A DNA stretch of 63,991 bases, the filler included, from Licmophora abbreviata (Eukaryota), in the NCBI GenBank assembly GCA_900291995.1. It is 12 parts of 12 records of this genome, joined end to end, with 100 filler letters (N's around TTAATTAATTAA, not from the genome) between each part and the next. Parts side by side here need not be neighbours in the genome. Positions count along the whole stretch, not along the records: positions 8,204 to 15,920 come from OLMU01003116.1; positions 16,021 to 21,024 come from OLMU01003119.1; positions 21,125 to 38,538 come from OLMU01003120.1; 9 more parts are not named here. The stretch is one strand, 5' to 3'. A program made the position numbers and the translations under genes. The notes under the pieces are model-generated. The model did not search any database, was not told where the DNA came from, and saw only the letters and a program-made list of their open reading frames with translations. Positions 11,252-23,306 of the stretch are shown here, piece by piece. Numbering within the stretch: the stretch's first letter is position 1; the number at the start of each line of letters is the position of its first letter.

Positions 11252-11656
11252 TTACATTGCGAGTGCTACCCATCCAGCGATCATAAGCAGGCCTCCAACA
11301 GGCGTCGTCGGGCCCAGTAGTTTCTTCGGGCCCACTCCCAAGCACAACGCGTAGATACTGCCGGAGAAGAGCACCGATCCAACCGCCATTAGTGTCCCTG
11401 CCGTAAACTCGTTACCAGTTGACTTGTTTTTATGTTGATCGCTCGTTCGACTCGCCGCCAACGCAGATAACCCCACAAGTGCAGTCGCATGGAAACATTG
11501 ATACATGACCGCAGTGCGCCAGTTTTCCAGGGAAGCGCGTTTCGCCAGGACGTCATGCAAGGCATGTGCCCCGAAGGCGCCAGCGGCGATGCCTGTGGCA
11601 CCCAGTGCTGCAGCGTATCGTCTCAACACGTCGGAGTCAGGCATGATCGCAATCAA
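11252..11656 (-). CDS. DUF423/TMEM256-family small membrane protein
   Basis: GAFGAHAL, WRTAVMYQCFHA, LFSGSIYAL and LGPTTPVGG..MIAGW. Confidence 0.9.
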   Translation of the reverse strand: MIAIMPDSDVLRRYAAALGATGIAAGAFGAHALHDVLAKRASLENWRTAVMYQCFHATALVGLSALAASRTSDQHKNKSTGNEFTAGTLMAVGSVLFSGSIYALCLGVGPKKLLGPTTPVGGLLMIAGWVALAM

Positions 11657-12008
11657 CGCCGGACGACTGATGCCTTGAGTTGTGTGTGGTCGCCGCGCAG
11701 CGCTGCGTTTTCGCCATCATCGTCGCGCCGCGTGATGATGCGCTCTGTGCGGCGAGAGCACCTTTAGTGAAACATACCTAGCTCGTATTCTTGTCACGAT
11801 TATGCCGAGCATACCGCCGTACAGAAAAAAGTCCCTCGTCTTATCTCTACAGTACCGGTACGTCGGTCTTGGACTGCGATATCTCATGGGCGTCGTAGAA
11901 ATTATGAACAGCGGCAACTCAGGGCTCTTATAGTCTGTCGCAAGGAGTTACAGCTACTGCCTATTGCAATTACATCTACTAACAGCGAACTGCCGACTAT
12001 AACTGTGC

Positions 12009-13088
12009 CTATAATTCTTCCTTTGACCCGTCATCAGTATCTTTCCTCTCTTTGAACACGAACTCATCCGTACTGTACTGTTTGACAGCCGCCGAAACTC
12101 CAGCATTGGCGTCCTTCGCCACAGTCTGTTGCAAGTACTTGGTGTATAGATTGTTGTAAATAAGCTCGTTGATACCCATTCTGTTGAAGAACGATTGGTG
12201 CATTTCCAGCAGCGCCAACAGATCGGCCGCTGGCACGTACGTCTTGGTCCACTCCCGCTCTTGAATGCTCTTGGACACCACTCCGAAAAACATGGGGAAG
12301 TAACTTGTGGCGATGTCCTTGGCTAACCCCACAAAGCGATCAATCATGTCGCGGGGAGCTCTGTACTTTTCCAAGACAAGCAGGCTTAGTTCGAATCCCG
12401 TCATGCCAAAGTAGAGCGATTGGATCAGTCCAACGACAATCAGTGCTCCATACCCAACATCTCCCGGAAACGTTTCGAGGCGTCCCAATAGCTCTAGTGA
12501 CGGCGTGAGTGCCTCCAGTGTATCCGTGTTGCGTTCAGGAGCACTCACCAACACAACGCCCTGCGGAGTACAGATCGTCTGTGGGACACCAAAGATACTT
12601 CCTGCGAGATGTTTGATCGAAAAATGTTCAAACAACTCGTCCACATATTTCGCCGCAAAAGGTTCGTGATTAACAAAGTTGATAATGGTCTTGTTCTCCC
12701 ACGTACTTTGAGGAATCGACTCGACCAAATCCGAGACAGTTTTGAGATTGGGTTCACTGTTGATGACAAGCATGGTAGTGTCCGTGGCCTCAACCGCAGC
12801 CTCTACTGTATCATGTACTATCACACCCTCTAAATTCAATTCAGCAACCTGCTTTCGATTCTCTTCGCCCCGATTCCAGGCGTGCACTTGGTACCCGTGT
12901 TTGGCGTAGCATTGCAGAATGGCTTTTCCCATGCCGCCCAAGCCGACGAGCGTGATCCGTTTGTCATGGTCGCTGGACGCTGACGATTCCACCAATACTG
13001 ACGATAGGAGGGTCAGGAGGAGCAAGACAAGTCTTCTTCGAGGAGGAGTCATTGCCATTTCTCTCATCCTCGCAGCCCCGGCGTCCAT
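12009..13088 (-). CDS. Imine-reductase-like (beta-hydroxyacid dehydrogenase fold) NAD(P)H oxidoreductase with signal peptide and C-terminal KEEL
   Basis: ITLVGLGGMG..VHAWNR Rossmann motif and GSIFGVPQTICTP. Hydrophobic N-terminus; protein ends SKEEL. Confidence 0.75.
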   Translation of the reverse strand: MDAGAARMREMAMTPPRRRLVLLLLTLLSSVLVESSASSDHDKRITLVGLGGMGKAILQCYAKHGYQVHAWNRGEENRKQVAELNLEGVIVHDTVEAAVEATDTTMLVINSEPNLKTVSDLVESIPQSTWENKTIINFVNHEPFAAKYVDELFEHFSIKHLAGSIFGVPQTICTPQGVVLVSAPERNTDTLEALTPSLELLGRLETFPGDVGYGALIVVGLIQSLYFGMTGFELSLLVLEKYRAPRDMIDRFVGLAKDIATSYFPMFFGVVSKSIQEREWTKTYVPAADLLALLEMHQSFFNRMGINELIYNNLYTKYLQQTVAKDANAGVSAAVKQYSTDEFVFKERKDTDDGSKEEL

Positions 13089-13419
13089 GGTCGAATTCCG
13101 AAGTAATTTTTAACTTGGATTTTCGGCGGATCTTTTTCTTTTTTCTCGTCCATTCCAGTCGACTCCCTCGACTTGAGTACGTCACAGATGAGGCTGGAGT
13201 GTCAAGAGTTGTTCTTTGAGAATTTCCAGAGAAATACTAGTTCCTCTGTACCTTTCTACATACGTGTTGTGTCTATACTGAAATGCCGTAGAATTGACAC
13301 CAATTCAATTCGAAAGCATTTTGCCTTGTTTTCATTCGTCTCACAAAACACTGCTTCGAGCAACAACTGGGAAGAACAAAGCTTCACACTTCAACACAAG
13401 CAAACAACAACAAGTCAAT

Positions 13420-13786
13420 ATGGGTGGAAGCAAGAAGTCGAAGGCCAGCGAGGAAGTAACATTGAGCAAGTAAGTAGAACTTAGATGCCGGTGAACTTGT
13501 TTGTATGTTGAAAGAGCAACGATATCAATTGTTCGATAGCGTATCTTTCTCGATCGGTTGGATCCATGGTCAAGTTTTCCTCGTCATTGGCACGTTACGG
13601 AATACTAACGCATGAACCCTCTCCTTTTTCTCCAACTCGCCCCGCAGGAAGGATCAGAAGAAGGTCACCAAGCTCGAAGCTCAAATCCCTTATCATCAAG
13701 GGCGAGGCAACGACGATGAAGTTGAGAAGATCAAGAACCAAATCGACGCCATTTGGACCAAGGCAAAAGAGGCCGCATACGCCTAA
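13420..13786 (+). CDS. Spliced 62-aa Lys-rich small protein (absent from the ORF track)
   Basis: Exon 1 is 13420-13469. Intron 13470-13647 has a GTAAGT donor, TACTAAC branch point and CAG acceptor. Exon 2 is 13648-13786. Product: MGGSKKSKASEEVTLSKKDQKKVTKLEAQIPYHQGRGNDDEVEKIKNQIDAIWTKAKEAAYA. Confidence 0.8.
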
Positions 13787-14452
13787 ACGGGGTATGGGAG
13801 TTATAGGATCCCTCCGTCTGCAAAAGTCTCTATCGCAGTATAGCAGTGACGTTTTGCTCTTTGAGAATGGATGACGAGAAAGGCGGGAAACGAAACTCGA
13901 GCTGAGCGAGAAAGATCCGAGTGGAAATTCTGTTTGGCGAGGGCCTTATCACGATAGAGATCGTTGTATTATGACTCACCCTAGACTGGTTCATTCGTAT
14001 CGAGCTGTAGTGCGTGAGATTGTTCACACTCCAGTTGTCGCCCGAATTCGGAACAGATCCATCATGGTTCATGTCGCATTTGGATCGCCCAAAGCATTTT
14101 TCGGGTTCGGAACGTATCCATTGTCTGTGTGTCAGCTTGACTGAGAAACGGGCATGTCCTGCGCGGCTGATGTCTGCATCCATTTCCACATCTAAAAACG
14201 TCCGACTCATTCGACTAGAAACTCTGGCGCGCAATTTTTTTCGCCGCCGCTCACAAACATGACGACAAACAAACACACACCACAAACGGCGAGGATCGTT
14301 GCATGATATAGCTTCCATGCGGGAAAGGACAGTGCTGAAGCAAGACGTGCTTCATGTATCACAGTTCCTCACTATGAAGAACTTGGACTCTTGCTGTGTT
14401 CAGGCGAGGTAACCGTTTTCAAAACTAGGATTGGCTTACACACGAAACTAAT

Positions 14453-15709
14453 ATGGTTGATTCATGCAGGATGGCAGATGATGGGCTCCTGCCACAGAAC
14501 AACGAGAACGACTCTTCCAGCTCGTCATGTCTATTTGTGGAACGAATTTGCAAGCCGCAACATTCTCCGAATTCCCTTGCGAAACCTGATCGGATCTCTG
14601 TGTTGGTCAGTCGCGTACAGCCCAAGCACTGCTCCTCGTTGGCCAAGCAGGTTTCGCGACGAGCTCATCGCAACGCAGAGGAGAAAGCAGCGCTGGCTCA
14701 CCTTCGGCGAGTGCGGCGTACAGCTGTTGAGAAAGAAAAGAAAGCTGCACACCAGGATGACTCATCCTCTCCCTCAGTACCCAGCAAGAAGCGGCGAACA
14801 GACGAGGATGGTGAGGATATAACGAAGCATGATGCTACTGTACGGTTGGACGTGCTCCTGATGTTGGCACCCGATGGTAGCGACAAGAACAAGGACGAGA
14901 AATTTGACTGGCTGAATTCGATGGAATGCGAATTTGACCTTTGCATCGAAACGCGTCTCGTTCCAGGTCGATCGGCTTCCTCCAAGAAGGAACTAGAAGA
15001 GTTCAATCGAATCTGGCCAACCATCTACTTTCACGAACAGTCGGAAGAGCACATTCGACAGCAGCTGAAATTGTCGTCGGCGGAAATCACTGCGATGCAG
15101 CGTGGAATGGAATGCGCAATACAAGATGCAAAGACAGATTGTGTGTCAGGAGTGGCTGCAGGTGCGGTGGTTGTCAACCCCGAGACGGGAGCCATTGTGG
15201 CGCGTGCGAGTGCGGAGCTCCGTGAGCATGGAGACAAAGGATATCACCGCATCAATACCACCAACAAGCAACTATGCACGCCGGTTCTACTTGCGATTCA
15301 ACGAGTGAGTCGGATTGAACGCGCAATGGCCATGGGACATGGGATGGACAGTGACGCGTTCAAGAGTGGGCAGTATCTCTGTACTGGGTGAGTCGTATCG
15401 CTGTGCCAGGCCGACTACGCGTCTCTCGGAACCCGCACAGAAACAACTCACATCGTTCAACTTACACCTCACAGCTACGACCTGTACACGACGATTGAAC
15501 CGGATGTCTTTGAAGCAATGGCATGTGTCCATTCTCGATTGCGTCGTGTCGTCTTTGGAGTAGAGAACAAGCATAGCGGTGGACTCGGAGGGACGGGTGA
15601 TGCGACGGCTGTCCATGCGCTTCCAGGAACTAACCATCACTACCGGGCCTTCGGTTGTCAGCCCAACAGTCTCCTTTGGAAAGCATGTAGAGAGATTCAC
15701 TCGAACTAG
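14453..15709 (+). CDS. ADAT3: tRNA adenosine-34 deaminase non-catalytic subunit (Tad3/ADAT3)
   Basis: LAHLRRVR and WPTIY. Intron 15388-15474 joins GQYLCTG|YDLYTTIEP..AMACVHSRLRRVVFG, followed by NHHYRAF. Confidence 0.88.
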
Positions 15710-16104
15710 AGAACGCTGTCTCATCGCAAAATTAGACGTTTATTTATGTGCTATTGAACAACATTAATTTTGTTTATTCAAGTCGCAGTTGTCTGGCAGA
15801 ACTGTTTTCGAAAGGCGCTGATACCGTCCAAATCGACCACGTACATGCCGTTTCCACATCGTGCTTGGATCTCTGGAATCGACAGCCCACCCTCGCCCAC
15901 AGTGTCACTTGCACTGTGTCNNNNNNNNNNNNNNNNNNNNNNNNNNNNNNNNNNNNNNNNNNNNTTAATTAATTAANNNNNNNNNNNNNNNNNNNNNNNN
16001 NNNNNNNNNNNNNNNNNNNNATGATGATGATAGATTGCCCCTTGGTTATTGTTTCTCTTTTGTATTTGCTTCGCCGCTCGCAGCACTAGTGCTTCGTTCT
16101 GAGA

Positions 16105-19100
16105 ATGTCGTTCTCCCTTCACGATTTGATTTATAAAAGTAAGAACACGGCTGAAGATCAAGGCGAAGCTTTCTCAGAAGCAGCAGTGTTGGCCGAGGAC
16201 GATGCATCCACAGTCGTTACTTCTAGTAGGAGCCGAAACAAGAAGCGCCCAAGAGCTCCACCAAACTCTAGCTCCGACTCGGTCCTACTGGAGCAATTCT
16301 ATCAGCAGCAGCGTCATCTTGGCCGTGGTAATTCTGCTGATGACGAGAAGAAGGCAAGGACATCTGCTGCTCCTTCAAAAGTATACAAAAAGAGAAAGAA
16401 AAGACAGCGATGGAAGTATCCAGACACTTTTCATCAGACTTCATTTCATAGTAGCAGCAGCGAATCCGAGACAACTCGAGAAGAATTGGCTGCTGCACGG
16501 ATCAAGAAGAAAAAAATGGTGCAGAGGGAGACGCAACATCGCATTCTACAAAAGCGATGGGCCGCCAAATCTTATTCTCTTCACGACGAGCAAGATCATG
16601 GTGGGGCAGTGAGATATGCAGCGCGGCTTGCATATAAAAGGAAACGACGAAAGCAGCAACAACACGCTTATGCCGAGAAGCGAAAAAGCAATGGAACTGT
16701 CGGCGACGAGTCTACGTTCGATCAAGAAAGAACAGATCCGATGGCTCTGTCATCCGATCATTCGGATGTTTCGTCCGACGAAGATCGTCGACAAAAGGCC
16801 TTGGGGAGCTTAGTATCGATGCCATCCATGACAGCAACACAAGAGTCGATCATGTCGGCCTCATCAAAGAACAATAATAGTACTGCAGAGGACAACCATT
16901 CCGACGATGCCTCTTCTGCATTGCAGCGTGATTACTTTCAGTTGGGCTTTGCCGCTCCGCGACGTCAGGACGTCGGTGACTTTTCGTACGGAACTACCAA
17001 TTTGTTTCGTGGTATTCAGTGGAAGGAGCGGATGCAGCGGAGTAAGGAAATCGCGGAGGAAGCAGTGGTATTCAGGCCGCGTGGTAGAAATACAATGGAC
17101 GCCAAGCATGATCCACAGTACTATGTGAAAATGCCACAAGTGACGGAATCGTGGGCGCGAGTTGGATTCTTTCATCAACGAACTTTTCGGACCCTGGCGG
17201 CGAGGTACTTGATTGGATATGCGTCGGCGCGAAATAAGAGTGAAAGTTCCAAGACGACTGCTCATCGTCTCCTACGACACTTGCCAGTACGTCGTTCCGA
17301 GAAGTTGGGCGAGAGTATCTGCTTATGCAACAGGCAAAGGAAAGGGGTCTGGATTATGTTACGTTTCAGTCGCACCAATGGCAAGACCGCACAGTGGCTG
17401 CTCGCCATTTGGGGATTCCTCCGGATACGGTTGCACCACCGAATCGTATCGGATACACGCTCGAGAAGGATCCATTGCAGGATAGCGCCATCCGGCATCG
17501 TAAGAGAGTCGTCACATACCTGAGCGAACGCAAAGTACCGCTACTTGACGTCAATTCCACAGGAAATCAGAGCGCCGTGTCATCCAAGAGGATTCTCTTG
17601 AACATTGACAGCTCGGACGAGGAAGCCGAGGAAAATAGCAGCGCCTCTCGTCGTCGGAGCCCGCCGGTGCTTAGAAGCGATGAAGAGAAAAAGCCATCAG
17701 CGATTGATGATACATTTGTGGACGCGTCATTCTTTGTGGAATCTCTCGTGAATGAATGCGACTATGTTCATACACCGGGAACGACGCCACCCGTGCCGTC
17801 CTTCCCTCTCGATGAGTCCAATATCATTCTTGGCGGCGCGGATAAGAATGCACAGGTCGCTCATGTTGGAAAAGTCGACGAAGCAACATTTACAGTAATC
17901 CTGTCGAGTCTATTGGGGAGACTTGGGGATGCGGAACGATCTGGAGATCAGGAGTCCATGCGAAAAGCCGATGCTTTGGTTTCGACTTACCTGGAACAGG
18001 TCGTTGCTAGGAACACGAATGAGCTGTCCTCCATGGACGCCATGCGGCGCAAGAGAGCTGAACAACCGTCGAAGCCCCTCTATGTTGCGTTGATGGGATC
18101 CTGTAGCTACATGGCAAACGCCGGGGAGCTCACTCTTCCGGATTCAGCTGCAGTCACCAGAAGAGAAATGGTTGACAGTGACAGTGACGAATCTTTGTCA
18201 AGCGCGACAGGTGGCAATGGGACGGCAATGACTGACCTGAGACTGGATCGGATCGCCGATGGTCTCTACCAAAGATGTGAAGCTTGCCCTAAGTCTTCCA
18301 GTCTTACCATGTTTCCTCGGATCCACATCATCACGGGCGTTGCGCTTGTTGCCAAGCATCTTCCTGCCGCCGCTGCTGAAATACTGTCCCGTCCGCTGGA
18401 TGACCTCGACCATCGTACGTGTTTTGATCTTCTACGATCGACGCTCGAGTACCTGGAAACAAATCAGCTGCTAGTGGACTCCCGTTCCGTCGACTCTGAG
18501 GGGCAGTTAGTGAATGCTCGCCATTTGGAGCACATCGTGCACGAAGCGACACGTATTTGGCGCCGATGCATCGACATGGATCCAATTCAGGCGAATCATC
18601 ACGCCTGGTACATTGGCGGATTGGCGACATCGCTTCTGCTGTGTTCTGGAAATCGAATCAGTTCCAGAGCTCGCGTTCTTCCTTCTTCCAAACAGATGGG
18701 TAGCAGGTATGAAACCTTCTTCTCTTCGAAGGACAACGAGAGCGCCGCCGACCAAGATGAAGTACGACAGAAGTTGCCAAAGTTTGATCCAGTCCGAAAG
18801 GACTTGGCAGAAGCGGCTCGCGAGCTCCTAGAACCTATGCTCGGTTCTACTAGAATGCATATGACCGCCGCGTCGTTTTTGGAATGGAAGCAGGTCGTTG
18901 CTCTTCTCGTTGGTCCGGACGGTGCGTTGCAGGCATGGAGCGATATTAGACGATTGCACGCACACCACACCATTCAATGGGCATTACAGGAAAAGTCGCT
19001 ACTCGCATACCAGCAGGTGGAGCACCTTTCCGCTACCGGACGATATTTTGTTTCAAGGGACGTAATATTGTCCATGTTGGCAACGACACTGGAGAACGAT

Positions 19101-19931
19101 CCAAGTGTCATGAATCATTGGCGAGCGCTCGTCGACAGACTGGGTGCGTTCGGCACACACGTCACTGACCAGCAGAAACAGGAATGTAAGAGCAACGAGT
19201 GCCTTCACTGTCCACGGCTACGAGGAGAACTTCATGTGGATCATGCCATAATGTCGTTACGGCAAGGGAGAGAGTGGTGGGGCACAAATCGCTCCTCGTG
19301 GTGGAATCCTCAGTTGTTGATGGCATCGCACGCAGCGGTCACCAAACACACTCGAGCGCGAATCCTGAAGCTGTGTGATGCCGTAGAAACGGAACTGACA
19401 AAAGAGGAAGAAGAGAATGTGGGCTTGACGCGAGTTCTAAATGTACAAGACCGTGAACGTGTGTTGGAAGGTGACGAGCTGAATGCGTCTCGAGAAGTAT
19501 CGCTCAATCTGAATTGGCTCGAATCGACGAGTGAAGAGTCAGACAACGACAACTCGGCGGATCAAGCTTCGTCGACGAGGTCCGGCAAGTACGATTCGGA
19601 GCTTCCAGTAGCATTTCAAGACGTCATTGCCAGTTCCAAGTTACAGGAACCGAAATCGCAGCCCGCTTGTTTGATTCCGGGACTGTCCACGACGGATCAA
19701 CACCTCGAACTCCTCTCCTACCAACTGGCAATTCTATGTCACCTATACAGTCCGCATGACGAAACACTTCGTAGCTGGGGTGTGGTTTCTGAGCTCTAGT
19801 TGCTACAAGCACACAGCAACCGAATCACGATTTTGAGGGAGCGCCAAGAATGGAAGTGTCTGCTTTGGCTTTACGGACGAGGACTCGACATTGTTCAGAT
19901 TTTGCACGATGTTGCCAGCGATCATTCGTAG
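16105..19931 (+). CDS. Large hypothetical, probably nuclear protein (frameshift near 17296; likely compensating shifts near 19770-19810)
   Basis: ORFs 16105-17523 and 17325-19799 join by adding one base (LPVRR|FREVGREYLLMQQ). K/R-rich NLS-like N-terminus. Protein-like sequence continues to TAG at about 19931. Confidence 0.6.
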
Positions 19932-20177
19932 TACCGAAAGTGTAGCAAAACATAGAAACTAGCGAGCACACACGCTATTGTCTGTCCTCTAGCTGGTTCT
20001 CTTCTTATCTCTCTATCTTCTACGAAGTACAATCTAAAGAGAGCAGGGCCCTAAAAGAAGTTACGAATTTGATTCATTCAACATGGCTCAGAACCCGCCC
20101 ACTCTCGCCCGCGCAAAACGTACAAGACAAACACTTTTTTCTTAATTCTATACAATGATGAGCGCGTCGTCGGTGCA

Positions 20178-21327
20178 ATGATGGCCAGTTTGCTTCAGTA
20201 CTACTTCTCCATCATGCTTATAGTGTCGAGATGGGGCTTGGTATCCGGGAGCTTTCTAAGAAGTCGAAGCCTTTCATTCTTGGGGAAAAGTCGATCCATA
20301 AGACCCATCAGCGCAGCGACATCAGCCACCACAGAATCTGATGGGTTCCTTCGAATACGGCAGCAGGGAGGACCGGCGTCAAGACTGTCGTACTCTGCCT
20401 CTGTTTTACCCCATCATGACTCTTATAGATCAAAGACATCGACGATAGTCCGATTCCAGTCGTCAGGGGCTTCTTCTTCCTCCTCCTCTTCCGTACATCA
20501 GCAGCTAGTAGACTTGAAACAGCTCGTTCAAGAGTCCCTCGACTTGATGGAACGGAATTGCGAAACTGCACCGGATAGAACGAAACTCAAACGAGCTATT
20601 GCCGACTTGGAACAAGAATCTTCCGACCCTGCCTTTTGGGAGGACAGGAACGCGCAACGCAATCAATTCGTAACGTCGCAGCTCTCCCAGCAGTCGCGCT
20701 TGCTGTCACGCCTCTTCCAGTGGGACGAATGGAGGGGTGACATTCGTGCGGCAATGGAAATGTTGCAAGAAGGTGGTGACGCGATTAACAACAGTCATGG
20801 GGCTGCTCCGTCTGCTTTCATTATTATGAGTACAGAAGAAAGGACGCTGCTCATGGAAGAGTGTCAGTCCGCCGCGACTCTGTTGTTGGAAGACTCGCGA
20901 CGCTATGAACTGGAATCGCTCTTGAGTGGTCCCTACGATGCTCGTCCTGCATCGCCTCGTCATTACAGCCGGGGCCGGTGGCACCGAAGCCAACGACTGG
21001 GTCAATGACCTCAAACGCATGTACNNNNNNNNNNNNNNNNNNNNNNNNNNNNNNNNNNNNNNNNNNNNTTAATTAATTAANNNNNNNNNNNNNNNNNNNN
21101 NNNNNNNNNNNNNNNNNNNNNNNNACGCTGTCGAAGCGGCGTGGGGTGCACAGATTCGAAATTACGTTTTGCATCCGTACAAGATGATCAAAGACCAAAG
21201 AACGAATTGGGAATCTAGTGATACGCAAGGATTTCTGGACGGCGATCTCGAAGACTGTATTGGTGAGTTGTTGCGATATCGGGCCAAGGAAGAACAAGAG
21301 ACTATGGAAAAGCAAGCGTTATCCTAG
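20178..21327 (+). CDS. prfB: Peptide chain release factor 2, organellar (probably plastid); frameshift near 20952 and an internal gap
   Basis: DPAFWED and LLSGPYD. The shifted frame reads [24 protein letters not shown]. After the gap it reads [30 protein letters not shown]-terminal signal followed by SF. Confidence 0.9.
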
Positions 21328-21401
21328 CACTATTTAAAGTATCTTTTCAAGTTGAGGAAGCTTGAATGCAGTATAGCCCACTCGTACTACGGATGTTATC
21401 T

Positions 21402-23306
21402 CTATTTGTTCTTGATAGCCTCTCGAATCGCCTTGAACCTTTGTACACACTCCTTCTTCGTTCTTCCGTCAACTCCCTTGGCAATCGAGGACCATCGTTC
21501 ATTCTTATCCATGGAAGCTGGATACTTAGAGAGTCCGACTTGCAGTTGCTTGTTCTGCTCATCCGTCCATGTAGCGGCGGTATCTAGGTCTTCATTGCTG
21601 ACAGTGGAGGACTGCTTCACCACAGCCGGCGCTTTTGACCGAGACATCTGATTGTACTTTTCAATGCACTCTTCTTTCGTTCGAGGTTCCTCGGGTCTGC
21701 ACAGATTGTTGACAAACAGAGCAATGGTATCCCAACGGTTCGCGCCTCCAGCTGGGTACTTTCGAATTGCTTTGGCCAGAGCCGATAGCTCCTCCTTGGA
21801 CCAGGGTTTCATCGCCTTTGCGGCCTGCGCTTTCCGAAGCTTTTCTGCGTCAGCCTTGCGTGCCTCGTCGCGCTGTCGCTCCGCCATGCGTTCCGCATCT
21901 GACAAGCCAGCCTTGGTCTTGGCCACCCAGGCCTGTACCGCCTCGTCCAATGCGGAGCTGTTGGGGGAGTCGGATGCGTCTGGACCTCCCAGGGCATCCG
22001 TCAACTCTGTGATTTGTGCGACTGACAGCTTGTCGCACAACAGCTCAATATCGTCATTGAGCTCTTCAAGATTCGACCACACCTTGCTTTTGGAACCAGC
22101 GTTGCGATACGCCGCTATCGACATCTTTCGAAATAGCTGGCGAGCCTTGCGCAACTGCTTCTTTTCCTTTTCTTTTTCCATCTTGGCGACGGCTCTGGCC
22201 TGTCGATCTTTCTCATCTTGCTGCGCTTTTTCTTTCGCCAGCCGTTCCGATTCCTTTTGCTGTTGCCGCTTTTCCTCCTCGGCACGCTCCTTCTTTTCTC
22301 TCACCAGTCGTTCCTTGTCTTCTCGCTCCCGCTGCCGTTCTCTCTTGAGTCTCGGATCCGCCGCCATGGCTCGTTCCACCAGTAAATTGAGCCGCGCCAT
22401 TTCTTCTCGTTTGAGAGCCTTCGCCTTCTTGTCAATCTCTTTTGCATAGTAGCGCTTCTCGTAGCGACTGTCGGCAGCCTCCACATCGTGTTTAAGCTCG
22501 TTGGCTGCTTGCAGCGTAAAGTCCCTCCAAGATTCAAAGTGAATCCAATATTCATAAAAGGCATGTACTTTTTCCATGGGAGTAGCATCAGTACCGAGCG
22601 TTGGTGGTTTGTCAAAGGTAGAAGACTGTGCTGCTGCACTGGACCGTCGTCGTCCCTTCTTTCCATTCGAACCTCCACCACTAGTACTACTGGGGCGACT
22701 TTTCTCTGGATCATTGGTTGCATCAAAGCGCAGATTCCGTTCAAAGACCGGTCCGTATGCTTCATAGAATTCGTCCGCATCCTCGTCGCCCTTGGGAATA
22801 GTCTCATCAAAGTCGACAGTACTGTCGTAGGCTTTTCGCTTGCCCACATCTATTCCGAGAGTATCATAGGCTGCCTTGACTTTTAGAAAGACTTCATCCT
22901 CTTCCCCCCGTCCCGTCTTGTCTGGATGATAGAGCAAACAAGCCTTGCGGTAAGCTTTCTTGATTTGATCGAATGTCGAGTGCATGGGAATGTCACCGAG
23001 GACTTGGTAGTAGGTGAGGTCGTCCAAGTCAGAGGGTGATAAGGAAAACAAGTCAATGGACAACGACGACGAGTCGTCTTCGTCTTCTTCTATCAGTGAT
23101 GAGACAGTAGTATCATTGTTGTTTCCTTGGTAAAAAGATGATCCATGTCTCAAATCACGCAATTCCATGCGTCGAAGTTCATAGTCGAGAAAGGCATTGC
23201 CGGCACAGAGAATTCGAGTCGTTTGGAGCGGCGAAGCGTCGTCATTTTCATGTGCGCATGATGCGATAGGCCAATCGAGAGTCGCGACTGGGACAATGCG
23301 AGTCAT
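21402..23306 (-). CDS. DNAJC2: Zuotin/MPP11 J-protein with two SANT/Myb domains
   Basis: J-domain YHPDK, zuotin-homology FYEYWIHFESWRDF, a coiled coil, and SANT repeats PWSKEELSAL and WTDEQNKQL..ERWSSIA. Confidence 0.93.
   Translation of the reverse strand: MTRIVPVATLDWPIASCAHENDDASPLQTTRILCAGNAFLDYELRRMELRDLRHGSSFYQGNNNDTTVSSLIEEDEDDSSSLSIDLFSLSPSDLDDLTYYQVLGDIPMHSTFDQIKKAYRKACLLYHPDKTGRGEEDEVFLKVKAAYDTLGIDVGKRKAYDSTVDFDETIPKGDEDADEFYEAYGPVFERNLRFDATNDPEKSRPSSTSGGGSNGKKGRRRSSAAAQSSTFDKPPTLGTDATPMEKVHAFYEYWIHFESWRDFTLQAANELKHDVEAADSRYEKRYYAKEIDKKAKALKREEMARLNLLVERAMAADPRLKRERQREREDKERLVREKKERAEEEKRQQQKESERLAKEKAQQDEKDRQARAVAKMEKEKEKKQLRKARQLFRKMSIAAYRNAGSKSKVWSNLEELNDDIELLCDKLSVAQITELTDALGGPDASDSPNSSALDEAVQAWVAKTKAGLSDAERMAERQRDEARKADAEKLRKAQAAKAMKPWSKEELSALAKAIRKYPAGGANRWDTIALFVNNLCRPEEPRTKEECIEKYNQMSRSKAPAVVKQSSTVSNEDLDTAATWTDEQNKQLQVGLSKYPASMDKNERWSSIAKGVDGRTKKECVQRFKAIREAIKNK

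Noticed and set aside
20940..20960. Programmed +1 frameshift in RF2, as in bacterial prfB
   Set aside because: There is no CTT-TGA slippery site, the position is not the conserved early one, and the gene is nuclear. It fits the third-position artefact seen in other genes.
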